Shown piece by piece: positions 47,744 through 57,245 of a stretch of DNA of 64,000 nucleotides (its first letter is position 1; every line of letters begins with the position of its first letter). Source of the stretch: an uncultured Clostridia bacterium (GTDB lineage: Bacteria; Bacillota; Clostridia; Christensenellales; CAG-314); assembly GCA_947625115.1 (NCBI GenBank), contig CANQND010000001.1, positions 5,678 to 69,677 of the forward strand. The letters are read 5' to 3'. A program made the position numbers and the translations under genes. Under the pieces are notes generated by a model that worked only from the letters and a program-made list of their open reading frames with translations, was not told the DNA's origin and ran no database searches.

Positions 47744-49291
47744 ATGCCTTTACCCAAGTGGCTTAACGACGCAATATTTTATCAGGTGTATCCGCAGTCC
47801 TTTTGCGACTCTGACGGCGACGGCATAGGGGATATCAACGGAATAATTTCCAAATTGGACTACATTTCCGAAACGGGCTTCAACGCGTTGTGGATAAACC
47901 CTTGCTTTGTTTCACCTTTCAAAGACGCGGGTTACGACGTGCAGGACTATTTCAAAGTCGCTCCGCGCTACGGCACAAACGACGACCTCGTGCGTTTGTT
48001 TGAAGAGGCTCATCGCCGCGGTATGCACGTTTTGTTGGATCTCGTCCCCGGGCATACTTCCGACAAATGCCGTTGGTTCCGCCAAAGCGCGTTGCCCGAG
48101 CGCAATCGTTTCAGCGATCGTTACATCTGGACGAACAACGCTTGGCACCGCCCCGAGGGCTACAATTGGGTGGTGGGCAACGCCGACAGGGACGGCGCGT
48201 ATATGCTCAATTTCTTTCTCAATCAACCTGCGTTGAACTACGGTTTCAACAAGATAACGGAACCCGATTGGCAAATTCATTACAAGGACAAGCGCGTAAA
48301 ACACACTTTCGACGCAATGGTGCGCATTATCCGCTTTTGGTTGGACAAGGGCGCGGACGGTTTTCGCGTGGATATGGCGGACAGCCTTGTAAAAAACGAC
48401 CCCAACAAGACGGCAACGGCGTTGCTGTGGAGCAAAGTGCGCAAAATGTTGGACAAACACTATCCGCAAGCCGTGTTGGTTTCGGAGTGGTGCAACGCGC
48501 CCGTAGCCATCAACAAAGCGGGTTTCCACTGCGATTTTCTGCTCAATCACGAAAACAAACTTACCGATTTCGCCTTTTACAAAAAGGACGAGCAGGGGCA
48601 AAGCAGAGCGTACTTTTGCAAGACGGCGTTCGTATCCGCCCAAAATATGCTTGCGCGCTACCTCTACGAGTTGGGTGAAACGCAGGGCAACGGCTACATT
48701 TGCGCGGTAAGCGGCAATCACGACGTGGTGCGTTTGAGCGAATACTTGGACGAGAGCGAGCGGCGTTTGGCGTTTGTATTTTTGCTCACGCTTCCGGGAA
48801 CGCCCTTTGTGTACTACGGCGACGAAATAGGTATGCGTTATCTTCCGCAAAAGTCCAAAGAGGGCGGTTTCCACCGCACGGGCAGTCGTACGCCAATGCA
48901 ATGGGACAAAGATCTCAAAAATCTCGGTTTCTCTTCCGCGCCAACAGACAAGCTGTATCTGGACGTGGACCGCTCCGACGACGCTCCTTGCGCGGCGCAA
49001 CAGGCTCGGGACAAGAACTCCTTGCTCAACTTTGTACGCACAATCGCTCAACTGCGCCATTCCCGTCCCGATTTGCAGGCGGACGGCGAGTTCAAGACGG
49101 TGGAATGTGGCGATAACGGCGTGCTGTGCTACCGTCGCGGCAAAAATACTTACGTGATTTTCAACCCCAACGAAAAAGAACAGCTTACCGATGTGCAAAT
49201 CGGCAAGGTAATATTTGCGCACGGCAGTTACACTCAAAATTATTTGGGGACGTGGCTGTCGCCGCAATCGGCAATAATTTTTGAAAAATAA
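47744..49291 (+). CDS. Cytoplasmic GH13 alpha-glucosidase-like enzyme
   Basis: ATG after AGGAG. Motifs: YQVYPQSFCDSDGDGIGD, LDLVPGHTS, GFRVDMADSL, VSEW, SGNHD. Confidence 0.85.
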   Translation: MPLPKWLNDAIFYQVYPQSFCDSDGDGIGDINGIISKLDYISETGFNALWINPCFVSPFKDAGYDVQDYFKVAPRYGTNDDLVRLFEEAHRRGMHVLLDLVPGHTSDKCRWFRQSALPERNRFSDRYIWTNNAWHRPEGYNWVVGNADRDGAYMLNFFLNQPALNYGFNKITEPDWQIHYKDKRVKHTFDAMVRIIRFWLDKGADGFRVDMADSLVKNDPNKTATALLWSKVRKMLDKHYPQAVLVSEWCNAPVAINKAGFHCDFLLNHENKLTDFAFYKKDEQGQSRAYFCKTAFVSAQNMLARYLYELGETQGNGYICAVSGNHDVVRLSEYLDESERRLAFVFLLTLPGTPFVYYGDEIGMRYLPQKSKEGGFHRTGSRTPMQWDKDLKNLGFSSAPTDKLYLDVDRSDDAPCAAQQARDKNSLLNFVRTIAQLRHSRPDLQADGEFKTVECGDNGVLCYRRGKNTYVIFNPNEKEQLTDVQIGKVIFAHGSYTQNYLGTWLSPQSAIIFEK

Positions 49292-49300
49292 GGAGATAAT

Positions 49301-50146
49301 ATGAGCAAACAAACGGTAGCACTCATCTACGACTTTGATAACACCCTTTCCACGCGCGATATGCAGGAATTTACCTTTATCCCCGCGTTGGGTATGTCGC
49401 CGAGCGAATTTTGGTCCAAATGCGATGAAATTTCCCATTCGTTGAGTATGGATCACATTCTCGCTTATATGTTTTTAATGGCGCAAAAAGCCAAGGAAAA
49501 GGGCATAAGTCTTTCTCCCGAATCGCTACGCGCAATGGGCAAAGACGTGCAGTTTTTCGACGGAGTGGATACTTGGTTCAAGCGCGTCAACGACTACGGC
49601 GAGGCGATAGGTCTGGAAGTGAGGCACTACATCATCAGTTGCGGACTTAAAGCTATGATAGAGGGTTGCCCGATAGGCAAAGAGTTCTACAACATTTTTG
49701 CCTGCGACTACATATACGACGACAACGGCGACGTCATTTGGCCCGGTGTGGCTATCAACTACACAAGCAAAACGCAATTTCTCTATCGTATAAACAAAGG
49801 CGTGGAGGATATGGGCGAACACAAAAAGCTCAATATGTATATGCCCGCAAGCGAGCGCGTGGTACCCTTTGAAAATATGATCTACATCGGCGACGGGCTT
49901 ACCGACGTTCCGAGTATGAAGCTCACCCGCAGTCGCGGCGGTTACGCAATAGGCGTTTACCGCAATCCGCAAGACGCAAGCTACCTTGTAAACGAAGATC
50001 GCGTGGACTTCTACGTAGAGGGCAACTACGTTGAAAACAGCGAAATGGACGTAGCTATCAAGGCGATACTCAACCGTATCAGCGCGAGAATCAAATTCAA
50101 GGAACTATCCGAAAACAGTTACCGCTCGGTAAAGGAACGCAAGTGA
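49301..50146 (+). CDS. HAD-superfamily hydrolase-like protein
   Basis: The N-terminal IYDFDNTLS is a DxDxT motif, and a later IGDGLTDVP is present. Confidence 0.7.
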   Translation: MSKQTVALIYDFDNTLSTRDMQEFTFIPALGMSPSEFWSKCDEISHSLSMDHILAYMFLMAQKAKEKGISLSPESLRAMGKDVQFFDGVDTWFKRVNDYGEAIGLEVRHYIISCGLKAMIEGCPIGKEFYNIFACDYIYDDNGDVIWPGVAINYTSKTQFLYRINKGVEDMGEHKKLNMYMPASERVVPFENMIYIGDGLTDVPSMKLTRSRGGYAIGVYRNPQDASYLVNEDRVDFYVEGNYVENSEMDVAIKAILNRISARIKFKELSENSYRSVKERK

Positions 50147-50178
50147 CTGTTGCTCTGCAAACAAATAAAACAAAAGAG

Positions 50179-50208
50179 GCGCGTTTTTGACAAAATACGC
50201 GCTTTTTT
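50179..50208 (+). terminator. Rho-independent terminator
   Basis: GCGCGT-N12-ACGCGC followed by TTTTTT. Confidence 0.7.
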
Positions 50209-50228
50209 CTGCGTAAATTTGCGGTACA

Positions 50229-51110
50229 ATGACGGGTGACTACTACGTGGAGAATGTCGATATGTACTGCAAAAGGATACTTATTCTTCAACAGAGCAAT
50301 CCGCGTTTCGCTATGCGCAACAAAGAGTTGTGCGGCTTGGTGAAACTTGTCAACAACGGCGGCGGCACCGACGCTACCGTTTTTGTGACGAACGCCGACG
50401 TAAAAATGCTCGGCGAGTGGTGGTTGCTCCTTTCTTTCGACAGACAGCCCGTAGCCCGCAAGTTGGACACTCTCAACAATTGCGTTTTCGGCTTGCCGTT
50501 GCAAAAGTTGGATAATGTCAGTTGCTTGTTGGTAAAGAAAGAGGACAGGTGTTTCGAGGCGGCGCGCGCCTATCTCGGAGAAAACGCCTGCAACGCTCTC
50601 GCCCGACAAATGGACGCTCTCGCCCGTTCCGAACCCGAACAAAACGACACCGCATACGAGCAGTTTGTCGCTTCAACGGACAATTTCTACAACGGCGCAA
50701 ATGTGTCGCAACTGAAATTGCAAGCGGATAGCCGCTACAAAAGCGTTTCCGAGTACAGCGACGCGTTCGAGCGTTTTTACGCCGCGGGCGGACGTTGCGA
50801 CTACTACGAAAACGTCAAGAGGGAAATAGGCAAAGTGTTTGTGCAATTTCCCCCGTATTATCCGCTCATTCGCCGCTATCGCGACAGCTTTTTTGTGAGG
50901 ATAGATTTCCCCAACACGGATAAGTACTTTGTTTTGGGAGTGTTGCAAAAGGAGGGGCAAATTCGATATATTTGTTACGGCTTGCCCGCCGACGGCGCAA
51001 GTCTTGACGACAAGGACTTTGTGTACGTGGAGAACGCTCCCACGTCCTTTTATATGCTGTTTCAGGACGCCGACACGGGGCAAATCTCCGCAATAAACGG
51101 GTTGGTGTAA
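50229..51110 (+). CDS. Hypothetical protein (start uncertain; the ATG at 50262 has the better GGAG spacing)
   Basis: 293-aa ORF with host-like composition. I recognise no family. Confidence 0.55.
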   Translation: MTGDYYVENVDMYCKRILILQQSNPRFAMRNKELCGLVKLVNNGGGTDATVFVTNADVKMLGEWWLLLSFDRQPVARKLDTLNNCVFGLPLQKLDNVSCLLVKKEDRCFEAARAYLGENACNALARQMDALARSEPEQNDTAYEQFVASTDNFYNGANVSQLKLQADSRYKSVSEYSDAFERFYAAGGRCDYYENVKREIGKVFVQFPPYYPLIRRYRDSFFVRIDFPNTDKYFVLGVLQKEGQIRYICYGLPADGASLDDKDFVYVENAPTSFYMLFQDADTGQISAINGLV

Positions 51111-51160
51111 AACTATTTTTATTTATTTTATCTATACGCCAACAGATTGGCGCAAAATTG

Positions 51161-51189
51161 TTGCAATTTTTGCTTTTTTGTACTATAAT
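51161..51189 (+). promoter_or_regulatory. Candidate promoter
   Basis: TTGCAA-17 nt-TATAAT. Confidence 0.6.
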
Positions 51190-51226
51190 CTATCTCGTAT
51201 GTACTATCTACCTAAGGAGTAGTGTG

Positions 51227-52738
51227 ATGAAAAACACAACGGTAAAAAAATCAGTTATACTTGTTGTTGTACTTGCATTGTCGTTTATGCTTGTTCTGGC
51301 GGCGTGCGCGCCCAAAGCGTTTACGCCCGTTCAAATGCCAGAGCAGGGTACGGTGGAAGGCAACGGCGGCGTAGCGGTCAAGTACGGCGAGTGGCTGTAC
51401 TATATCAACGGTTACACAAGCGACGTAAATGCGGAAAACACTTATACCGACGTGACAAACGCTCCGCGCGTAGGCTCTGTTGTTCGCATAAAGTTGGCGG
51501 AGATCGAAAATCTTTTCGCCATTCAGGAAAAGGATAATCTTCTTTCCTCCGAAAAGACAGAACAAATCGACGCATATCTCAGAGGTCAGCACGAAGATTA
51601 CACCGAAAAACACGGTGCGGAAACGGTCGTTCCCAAGATTTATTACAGCGGCAACACAACTTCGACGCAATTTACGGGTTTGTATATTTTCGGCGACAGG
51701 CTGTATATAACCACCCCCAACGACGAATTGACTGCGGGCGGCTCTCAGCAAACCAACCAACTCGTTTTGACGAGCTACAAGTTGGACGGCAGCGACGAAC
51801 AGCGTCACTTTGTGTTTACGGATAACAGCGTTCAACTTTGCCTCACCGAAAAAGAGGGCAAGGTTATCGGCACCTACATTATGAATTCCAAGCTGTACAC
51901 CCTCGATGTCGCCGCCAAGAGCAGTACCGAAGTTACCGTGAACGGCACCGACAAGGCGGAAAAGGCAGAAAGTGCGTTTTCCAACCCCACGTGGGATATG
52001 GCGGGCAAATGCGTGTTCTTTATCGACAAAACGCTTAGTATCTGCAAGTTGGATTTCGGCAATGATAAGTACGACGTTATTGTCGAAAACCCCGACGTAA
52101 AGGTGGAAACGCACGAGGGCGAAGAACACTCGCACGTAACGAGCGAAAACGCAACCTATACTATCAACTCCGTCAACAACGGCGAAGTGTACTACACGGT
52201 TGCTTATTCCAAAAACCCGTCCGCTTCCAATGTACAGCTGTTTTGGGCAAATTCCGAAAAGCAAGGCGAGGTAGCATTCAACTCCACAACGCAAAGCAAT
52301 CTGCGCGGTTGGAAAGAGGGCAAGATCATCTACACCGAAACCACCACGACGGATTCGGGTAGCTACTATGGAATAAACATCATTACAGACAAAGAGGGAA
52401 AGGACATTTCTCCGTTGCTTATTCCCGCCTACAACAACAGTTCAATCACAATTGACCGCTTGGAGGGCGACACGTTGTACTACACAGCAAACAGCGTCAA
52501 GTACACCCTCGATCTTGTCGAATGGCAATCTCAACGACGCAACGGCACTGCCTATGCCTACAATCTCGGCAACGCGGCAGGTTGGGCTATCCCCGACTTT
52601 GTGGATAACGGCGACATTCACTACATCATCACTCCGTCAACGTCAGGTGCGTTGACTGTGGCAAAGTTCGATCCCGCCAATCCGAAAAAGGAACAAGCGT
52701 CCGTTTCGTTGGTTCTCAAAGCCGCTCCCCAAGATTAA
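51227..52738 (+). CDS. Lipoprotein with beta-propeller-like (DUF5050-like) repeats
   Basis: ATG after AAGGAG. Lipobox LAAC. Recurrent xxLYY/IYY blade motifs (WLYYING, RLYITTP, EVYYTVA, TLYYTAN). Confidence 0.65.
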   Translation: MKNTTVKKSVILVVVLALSFMLVLAACAPKAFTPVQMPEQGTVEGNGGVAVKYGEWLYYINGYTSDVNAENTYTDVTNAPRVGSVVRIKLAEIENLFAIQEKDNLLSSEKTEQIDAYLRGQHEDYTEKHGAETVVPKIYYSGNTTSTQFTGLYIFGDRLYITTPNDELTAGGSQQTNQLVLTSYKLDGSDEQRHFVFTDNSVQLCLTEKEGKVIGTYIMNSKLYTLDVAAKSSTEVTVNGTDKAEKAESAFSNPTWDMAGKCVFFIDKTLSICKLDFGNDKYDVIVENPDVKVETHEGEEHSHVTSENATYTINSVNNGEVYYTVAYSKNPSASNVQLFWANSEKQGEVAFNSTTQSNLRGWKEGKIIYTETTTTDSGSYYGINIITDKEGKDISPLLIPAYNNSSITIDRLEGDTLYYTANSVKYTLDLVEWQSQRRNGTAYAYNLGNAAGWAIPDFVDNGDIHYIITPSTSGALTVAKFDPANPKKEQASVSLVLKAAPQD

Positions 52739-52753
52739 TAGTTCTATCATTTA

Positions 52754-52800
52754 TAAAAAAAGCCTTGCGCCAAAGCGGTCGCAAGGCTTTTATCTATTTT
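52754..52800. terminator. Bidirectional terminator between convergent genes
   Basis: An A7 run, then GCCTTGCG-N10-CGCAAGGC, then TTTTAT. Confidence 0.8.
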
Positions 52801-52802
52801 GT

Positions 52803-53399
52803 TTACAGCATTTGGCGGGCGGTTTGTCGTTTGTCACGCCAAGCAAGTTCGCCTGTGAACAGTTTGTAACAAGTAGCCGCAGGCAACGCGCACACAAACG
52901 TCGCGGCGCAACCGACAAGTTCGTATGGCAAGTCTGCGGCGATGTATGTCACGGGGTCAACTTTCCAAATCAACAGAGTTGCCGCTATCGAGATGTAAAA
53001 GTACAGCATTTCGGCAAATGCCGCCATTGCGGCGTAGCTCCACACGCTTATGTTGCGATGACGGCGGTTGCACACGCGGTACACGGCAAAGGGAGCTATG
53101 TAACCCAACCATACCTCGGCAAGCCACCAATGCGCGCGTAGCAACTCGGCGGGGAACCACGCAACGCAACTCAATTCAAACAGAACCGAGTACAGCGTTA
53201 CGATAACAAGATTTTTCGTCGCGCTCATGCTTGCCGCGCATATTATCAGAATGGGAAACACAACATTGGCAAAGGGAATATCCAACACAAATTGATCGAA
53301 ACACATTGCCGCAAGCAACGTAAACACCGTTATCCAACCTTTTGCACCCTTAGTTTGAGCAAGTCGTTGCTCTTTCGTTAAATTTACGTAACCTTTCAT
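52803..53399 (-). CDS. Small polytopic membrane protein, last gene of the B12-riboswitch operon (possible vitamin-transporter S-component-like)
   Basis: The ATG at 53399 is preceded by AGGAG. The 198-aa product has about 5-6 TM segments. Confidence 0.6.
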   Translation of the reverse strand: MKGYVNLTKEQRLAQTKGAKGWITVFTLLAAMCFDQFVLDIPFANVVFPILIICAASMSATKNLVIVTLYSVLFELSCVAWFPAELLRAHWWLAEVWLGYIAPFAVYRVCNRRHRNISVWSYAAMAAFAEMLYFYISIAATLLIWKVDPVTYIAADLPYELVGCAATFVCALPAATCYKLFTGELAWRDKRQTARQML

Positions 53400-53416
53400 A
53401 TTTTCTCCTTTTTTTT

Positions 53417-53965
53417 TCAGTACAGCCATCCCTTGTAAACAAGCGTGACGGTTTTTACGTCGTCGTCCGTTCCGAACACGCCGTCCTCGCCCTGTAAGGT
53501 CTGGAAGTTTGCGGCGTTGCCGTATTTTCCGTCCACCGACACGTAGCAGGTTTCAAGGTCGTAGTATCTTCCGTCGGCAAGGGCGCAGTCGTGGAACATA
53601 TAAAAGCGGTGTTGCGACAGCCGAAAGGTTATCTTGTCCTCGCCGTTTTCAAAAAATTTCACTACCGATTCGTACAAGGTGTTGCCGTAGACAGGCACAG
53701 TCCATTGCTTTACCAATTCGCCGTCGTCGGTAGAGTGGGCGAACAAATCTCCGTCGGAAATTTCCGTTTTTTCCGACGGCATACGCAGTTCCAAAGTAAA
53801 TTCGTACAATTTCTCGCTCTCTTGCTCGGGTAGTTGCACGTCGTCCGAGGGCGGTACGGGGTGGTAGTCGGGAACGTCCGATGTGGCGTCGTTTCCCCAC
53901 ACGCCGCAACAGCACAGCGTAAGCGCGATTGCAACGAGCAGAGCTATCAATGCAAATTTTTTCAT
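53417..53965 (-). CDS. Hypothetical lipoprotein (182 aa)
   Basis: Signal peptide with Cys cluster LTLCCCG. The start overlaps the stop of the upstream gene. Confidence 0.65.
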   Translation of the reverse strand: MKKFALIALLVAIALTLCCCGVWGNDATSDVPDYHPVPPSDDVQLPEQESEKLYEFTLELRMPSEKTEISDGDLFAHSTDDGELVKQWTVPVYGNTLYESVVKFFENGEDKITFRLSQHRFYMFHDCALADGRYYDLETCYVSVDGKYGNAANFQTLQGEDGVFGTDDDVKTVTLVYKGWLY

Positions 53966-55761
53966 AGTTCGATTACCTTTGCACTTGCGTCAAACACGCC
54001 TAACGGAGTCGGCGCGTCTACGCCGTTGATAAACGCCAAGTAGGCTACGGCAACGGCGAGGTCTACGTTGTTTTCTATGACGCAAACGCCCTCTTTCTGC
54101 GACAGATTGTTTTGCCACAAAGAAATAATGTTGTAGCTTGTCGGTTCGCCTTGAACGGGTTTAGCCACTTCGTAGTTTTGCATATCTATGCCGTGCATAT
54201 ATCCCGTAAGCAAACCCCATTGCGGCATAACGTTTGCGCCCGTGGTCAATTCGTGGTTGTAGTACTTGCCCAAAGTGTCCAACGTTATCATTTCTTCAAG
54301 CGGTTGATTGAAGCCGTCGGTAAAGGGGAAATAACCTTGACGATATTTCTCAAAGTTTACGTCGTAGCCGTCACAATTGCGGTAGAGCGACGACGCTATC
54401 GGTCTGCCGCTCGGGCCCACCCAATTGGGAGTACCGCCCGCGCGAGTAAATTCTCCGTTTTCGTCCTTTTGGTAATAGTTGAGTATCGTTTTGTCCGTAT
54501 AAGGTAAATCTGCGTTCAAGCCGAGGTTTGCTTTTACAATGGCAAGGTAACTGTACGCCGTCATTCCGAACGATACCGTCGTTACGGGCAGAAAACTGCG
54601 AAACCGTTTCAAAAAGTCTTTCGATTCGTAAAATTCTCTAAATTCCTTTTCCAACTCCGTTTGGTGTTGTTTCAGTTGATTGCGTTGGTTGTTTATCTTA
54701 TCTCTTTCCGCTTTCGCTTGGTCGGCTTGCGCTTTGAGCGCGTCCTTTTCCTCGTCGGCTGCTTCTCGCCACTGTTTTGTGAGGTCGTTGTACTTTTGAT
54801 TGAGTTGATCGTATTGTTCGTTCAGCGGCTCCAATTGGGGAACTATTCTCTGCTTTTCCTCCTCGATGGCGTCGTATTTGGGTTGTAAAAGTCGGTAATC
54901 GGAGATAAATTCCTCGTGTCCCTCCGCTGTTCCCGTGGCTTCGGCAACGGCTCCTAACAGCTCCGTCACGTAGGATAGCGTCATTTCCGAATAGTGCGAA
55001 TAGTAAAAATAGCCTTCGGCGTTGAGGTTTATTTGAGAAACTTCTTTGCCGCCAACGGTATATTTCTTTTTTGTGGCGTTCGCTTCCCACTCGTCTATCT
55101 TTTCGAGGTACTTTGCAATTTCGTCGTTGTACTTGTCTGAGCCGTCGTACGGCAAACCGTTGGCGTACAGAAATTCTTTGTAGGCGTTGGCGGCAATGGA
55201 ATAGGAGTACAGATAATCGAGTATCCCGTACCAACCTTGTTTTTGCGCCGCCGAGTTATACCAATTGATATCTTTTATTTCTCCGTCCGTAAGCAGTTCG
55301 TCTATCATATCGAGATAGCCTTTGAATACGGCGGCGTTATCCGCAGTGTAGAAATTTCCCTTTACGTATCTCAGATAGGCAAGCGGTAGCCAAGCGGCGG
55401 CGGTTTTGGCGTTGGCAACGGATTTGGCAAAGGTTTCGGAATTTACGTACGTCGAAACAGCTTGTAACAATTCGTATGCCGTCGCGTCGTACTCAAATCT
55501 CGCCGTGAGCGTAACGTCGCTCGTCACCGTGTAGGGAAAGGTCACTTTGTTGCCGTCGCCGTCGTAGTAACCCAAAAATACGTATCCGTTTTTGTTGGCG
55601 TCGGGCAAAGAAATTTCTTCTCCGAGTCGGTATTCGTTACGTGTTTCCGTGCCGTCAACCGCAACGGTAACCGTAAACGTTTGTTCGGGAGCGGGGTGTG
55701 CGCACGCCGTCGCAAGTAAGCACACGCACAGCAACAGCGGCAAAAGTTTGATGTTTTTCAT
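53962..55761 (-). CDS. Hypothetical 599-aa lipoprotein with an N-terminal Listeria-Bacteroides-repeat-like domain and a central coiled coil
   Basis: Lipobox LLATAC. GYVFLGYYDGDGNKVTFPYTVTSDVTLTARF resembles a Flg_new repeat. A Q/E/K-rich heptad segment spans roughly residues 300-375. It is the first gene after the riboswitch. Confidence 0.7.
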   Translation of the reverse strand: MKNIKLLPLLLCVCLLATACAHPAPEQTFTVTVAVDGTETRNEYRLGEEISLPDANKNGYVFLGYYDGDGNKVTFPYTVTSDVTLTARFEYDATAYELLQAVSTYVNSETFAKSVANAKTAAAWLPLAYLRYVKGNFYTADNAAVFKGYLDMIDELLTDGEIKDINWYNSAAQKQGWYGILDYLYSYSIAANAYKEFLYANGLPYDGSDKYNDEIAKYLEKIDEWEANATKKKYTVGGKEVSQINLNAEGYFYYSHYSEMTLSYVTELLGAVAEATGTAEGHEEFISDYRLLQPKYDAIEEEKQRIVPQLEPLNEQYDQLNQKYNDLTKQWREAADEEKDALKAQADQAKAERDKINNQRNQLKQHQTELEKEFREFYESKDFLKRFRSFLPVTTVSFGMTAYSYLAIVKANLGLNADLPYTDKTILNYYQKDENGEFTRAGGTPNWVGPSGRPIASSLYRNCDGYDVNFEKYRQGYFPFTDGFNQPLEEMITLDTLGKYYNHELTTGANVMPQWGLLTGYMHGIDMQNYEVAKPVQGEPTSYNIISLWQNNLSQKEGVCVIENNVDLAVAVAYLAFINGVDAPTPLGVFDASAKVIEL

Positions 55762-55788
55762 AAGGCAAATTCTCCATTCAATAAATTT

Positions 55789-55820
55789 AAGGGTTTCATT
55801 TTTTGCCGATGAAACCCCTT
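55789..55820 (-). promoter_or_regulatory. Expression-platform hairpin of the cobalamin riboswitch
   Basis: The minus strand reads AAGGGGTTTCAT-N9-ATGAAACCCTT, between the aptamer and the GGAG/ATG. Confidence 0.5.
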
Positions 55821-55844
55821 GCCGCGCTTTTCTCGAAGCGTAGC

Positions 55845-55975
55845 CTAAATCTCACCGTGGGCGTGGCATTCGGACTTGTCCAAAAATTGGCTTACCGTTG
55901 CGGAACAGTCCCCGATTTGCACGGGGTTCCCCGTTTAATGCACATACTTTCGCCGTGCAACCCATGGGTATTCAA
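55845..55975 (-). promoter_or_regulatory. Cobalamin (B12) riboswitch aptamer
   Basis: The minus strand reads AAACGGGGAACCCCGUGCAAAUCGGGGACUGUUCCGCAACGGUAAGCC...AGUCCGAAUGCCACGCCC. This matches the GGGAA / GUGnAAAUC / CCGCAAC-GUAA / AGUC-GAA-GCCAC core (B12 box). Confidence 0.8.
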
Positions 55976-56008
55976 TTGAGATTGTGTCGTAACTTTCGTT
56001 ACCGTTTT

Positions 56009-56037
56009 ATTATATACCGCTTTGAGCTTGCCGTCAA
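56009..56037 (-). promoter_or_regulatory. Promoter of the riboswitch-controlled operon
   Basis: The minus strand reads TTGACG-17 nt-TATAAT. Confidence 0.75.
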
Positions 56038-56066
56038 GCGCAGTTTTGCTTTGACGGGCAAACGGT

Positions 56067-56095
56067 TTGACAAAATTGCCGCGCTACGCTATAAT
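56067..56095 (+). promoter_or_regulatory. Divergent promoter of the DUF4430-like operon
   Basis: TTGACA-17 nt-TATAAT lies 26 nt upstream of the ATG at 56122. Confidence 0.75.
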
Positions 56096-56121
56096 TTTTT
56101 CGACAAAGGGAGAATTTTTTT

Positions 56122-56601
56122 ATGAAAAAATCTTTACTTGTTGGCATTTGTCTACTCGTTGTGCTGTTGTGTTTTGTTTCCTGCGTGGACAAGCCCACCG
56201 CAACGCAATTGACGGGGTTGACGTTGCCCCAACTGCAAAGCGATCAAATGGCAGTCGTCGTCAAAAACGCGGACGGCGGCTACGCTACCTACACCGTAAC
56301 ATTAAACAGCGATATAAAAACCTGCGAGGACGTGGTGCGCTATCTTTCCGAAAATTCGTCGTTAGAGGTGGAGTGGTTTGATTCGGGTTACGGCAAGTTT
56401 ATCGGCAGCATAGGCGGTGTAAAACCACAAGGCAATCAATGGATAACGGTTATGACCGATTTGGAAGAGTTTCAGGACAAAGCGGGCGCGTACGCAGTAA
56501 CTTACCTCGTGGGCGACGTCACTTTGGTAACGGCAAACGCGGGAGTTTCCGACATTGCGGCAAAGGGCGGTTCCGTGCTGTACTTTGAGGTCGTCGGATA
56601 G
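56122..56601 (+). CDS. Small lipoprotein, DUF4430-like (transcobalamin beta-domain-like fold family)
   Basis: Lipobox FVSC. SGYGKFIGSIGGV...NQWITVM...GGSVLYFEVV resembles the DUF4430 pattern as I recall it. Confidence 0.55.
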   Translation: MKKSLLVGICLLVVLLCFVSCVDKPTATQLTGLTLPQLQSDQMAVVVKNADGGYATYTVTLNSDIKTCEDVVRYLSENSSLEVEWFDSGYGKFIGSIGGVKPQGNQWITVMTDLEEFQDKAGAYAVTYLVGDVTLVTANAGVSDIAAKGGSVLYFEVVG

Positions 56602-56605
56602 TTGT

Positions 56606-57211
56606 ATGCGCAAAAAGATAAGCCCCAAAACAAAATACAATGCGGCTCTTGTAGCCGTTGCCGCTATGTACGCCGCGTTGTTGGTGGGCGGCAAGCAGAT
56701 ACTTGCGGTTTTGCCCAATGTTGAAATCGTCACTCTGCTCATTTCCGTGTGCGCCTACGTGTGGGGAGCCGCAATAGTTTTCCCTGCGGTAAACGTGTTT
56801 ATTGCTGTGGATATCGCGATATGGGGTGTAAATACTTGGATAATTTCCTACCTGATACATTGGAACGTCGTTGCGTTGTGCTTTTGCCTGTTGAAGAGGC
56901 TAAACTTTCGGCACAGGTACGCCGAGGTGATTTGCGTAACGGCGGCAGGAGTTGTTCTCACCGTTTTGTTCGGAGTGTTGACTTCATTCGTCGATGTGTT
57001 GGTAGGGTACACGGGTAAGGGCTTTTTTGTACATTCGGTTGACCTCGCCAAGCGGTTTGCCGTTATGTACACGTCGGGCGTAATGTACTATGCAACGCAA
57101 ACGGTGTGCAACGCGGTGCTTTTTGCGACGGCTTTTTTGCCGCTTGTCAAGCTCAACGTCAAAGCGCAAATGCGCTTGCAACCCCGCGACGAAAGGGATC
57201 AAAGCGATTGA
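56606..57211 (+). CDS. Small polytopic membrane protein, ECF S-component-like
   Basis: The ATG at 56606 lies 5 nt after the upstream stop. The ~200-aa product has 5-6 TM segments. LPNVEIVTLLISVCAYVWG resembles substrate-capture subunits commonly adjacent to DUF4430 genes. Confidence 0.5.
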   Translation: MRKKISPKTKYNAALVAVAAMYAALLVGGKQILAVLPNVEIVTLLISVCAYVWGAAIVFPAVNVFIAVDIAIWGVNTWIISYLIHWNVVALCFCLLKRLNFRHRYAEVICVTAAGVVLTVLFGVLTSFVDVLVGYTGKGFFVHSVDLAKRFAVMYTSGVMYYATQTVCNAVLFATAFLPLVKLNVKAQMRLQPRDERDQSD

Positions 57212-57236
57212 CAAAACGTAGATAAAGAACTATACT
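57208..57236 (+). promoter_or_regulatory. Promoter of proS
   Basis: TTGACA-17 nt-TATACT. Confidence 0.7.
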
Positions 57237-57245
57237 TACAGGGAA

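Noticed and set aside
56096-56121. A second riboswitch controlling the plus-strand DUF4430-like operon.
   Set aside because: Only ~26 nt separate the -10 hexamer from the ATG, so there is no room for an aptamer. The B12 aptamer reads only on the minus strand.
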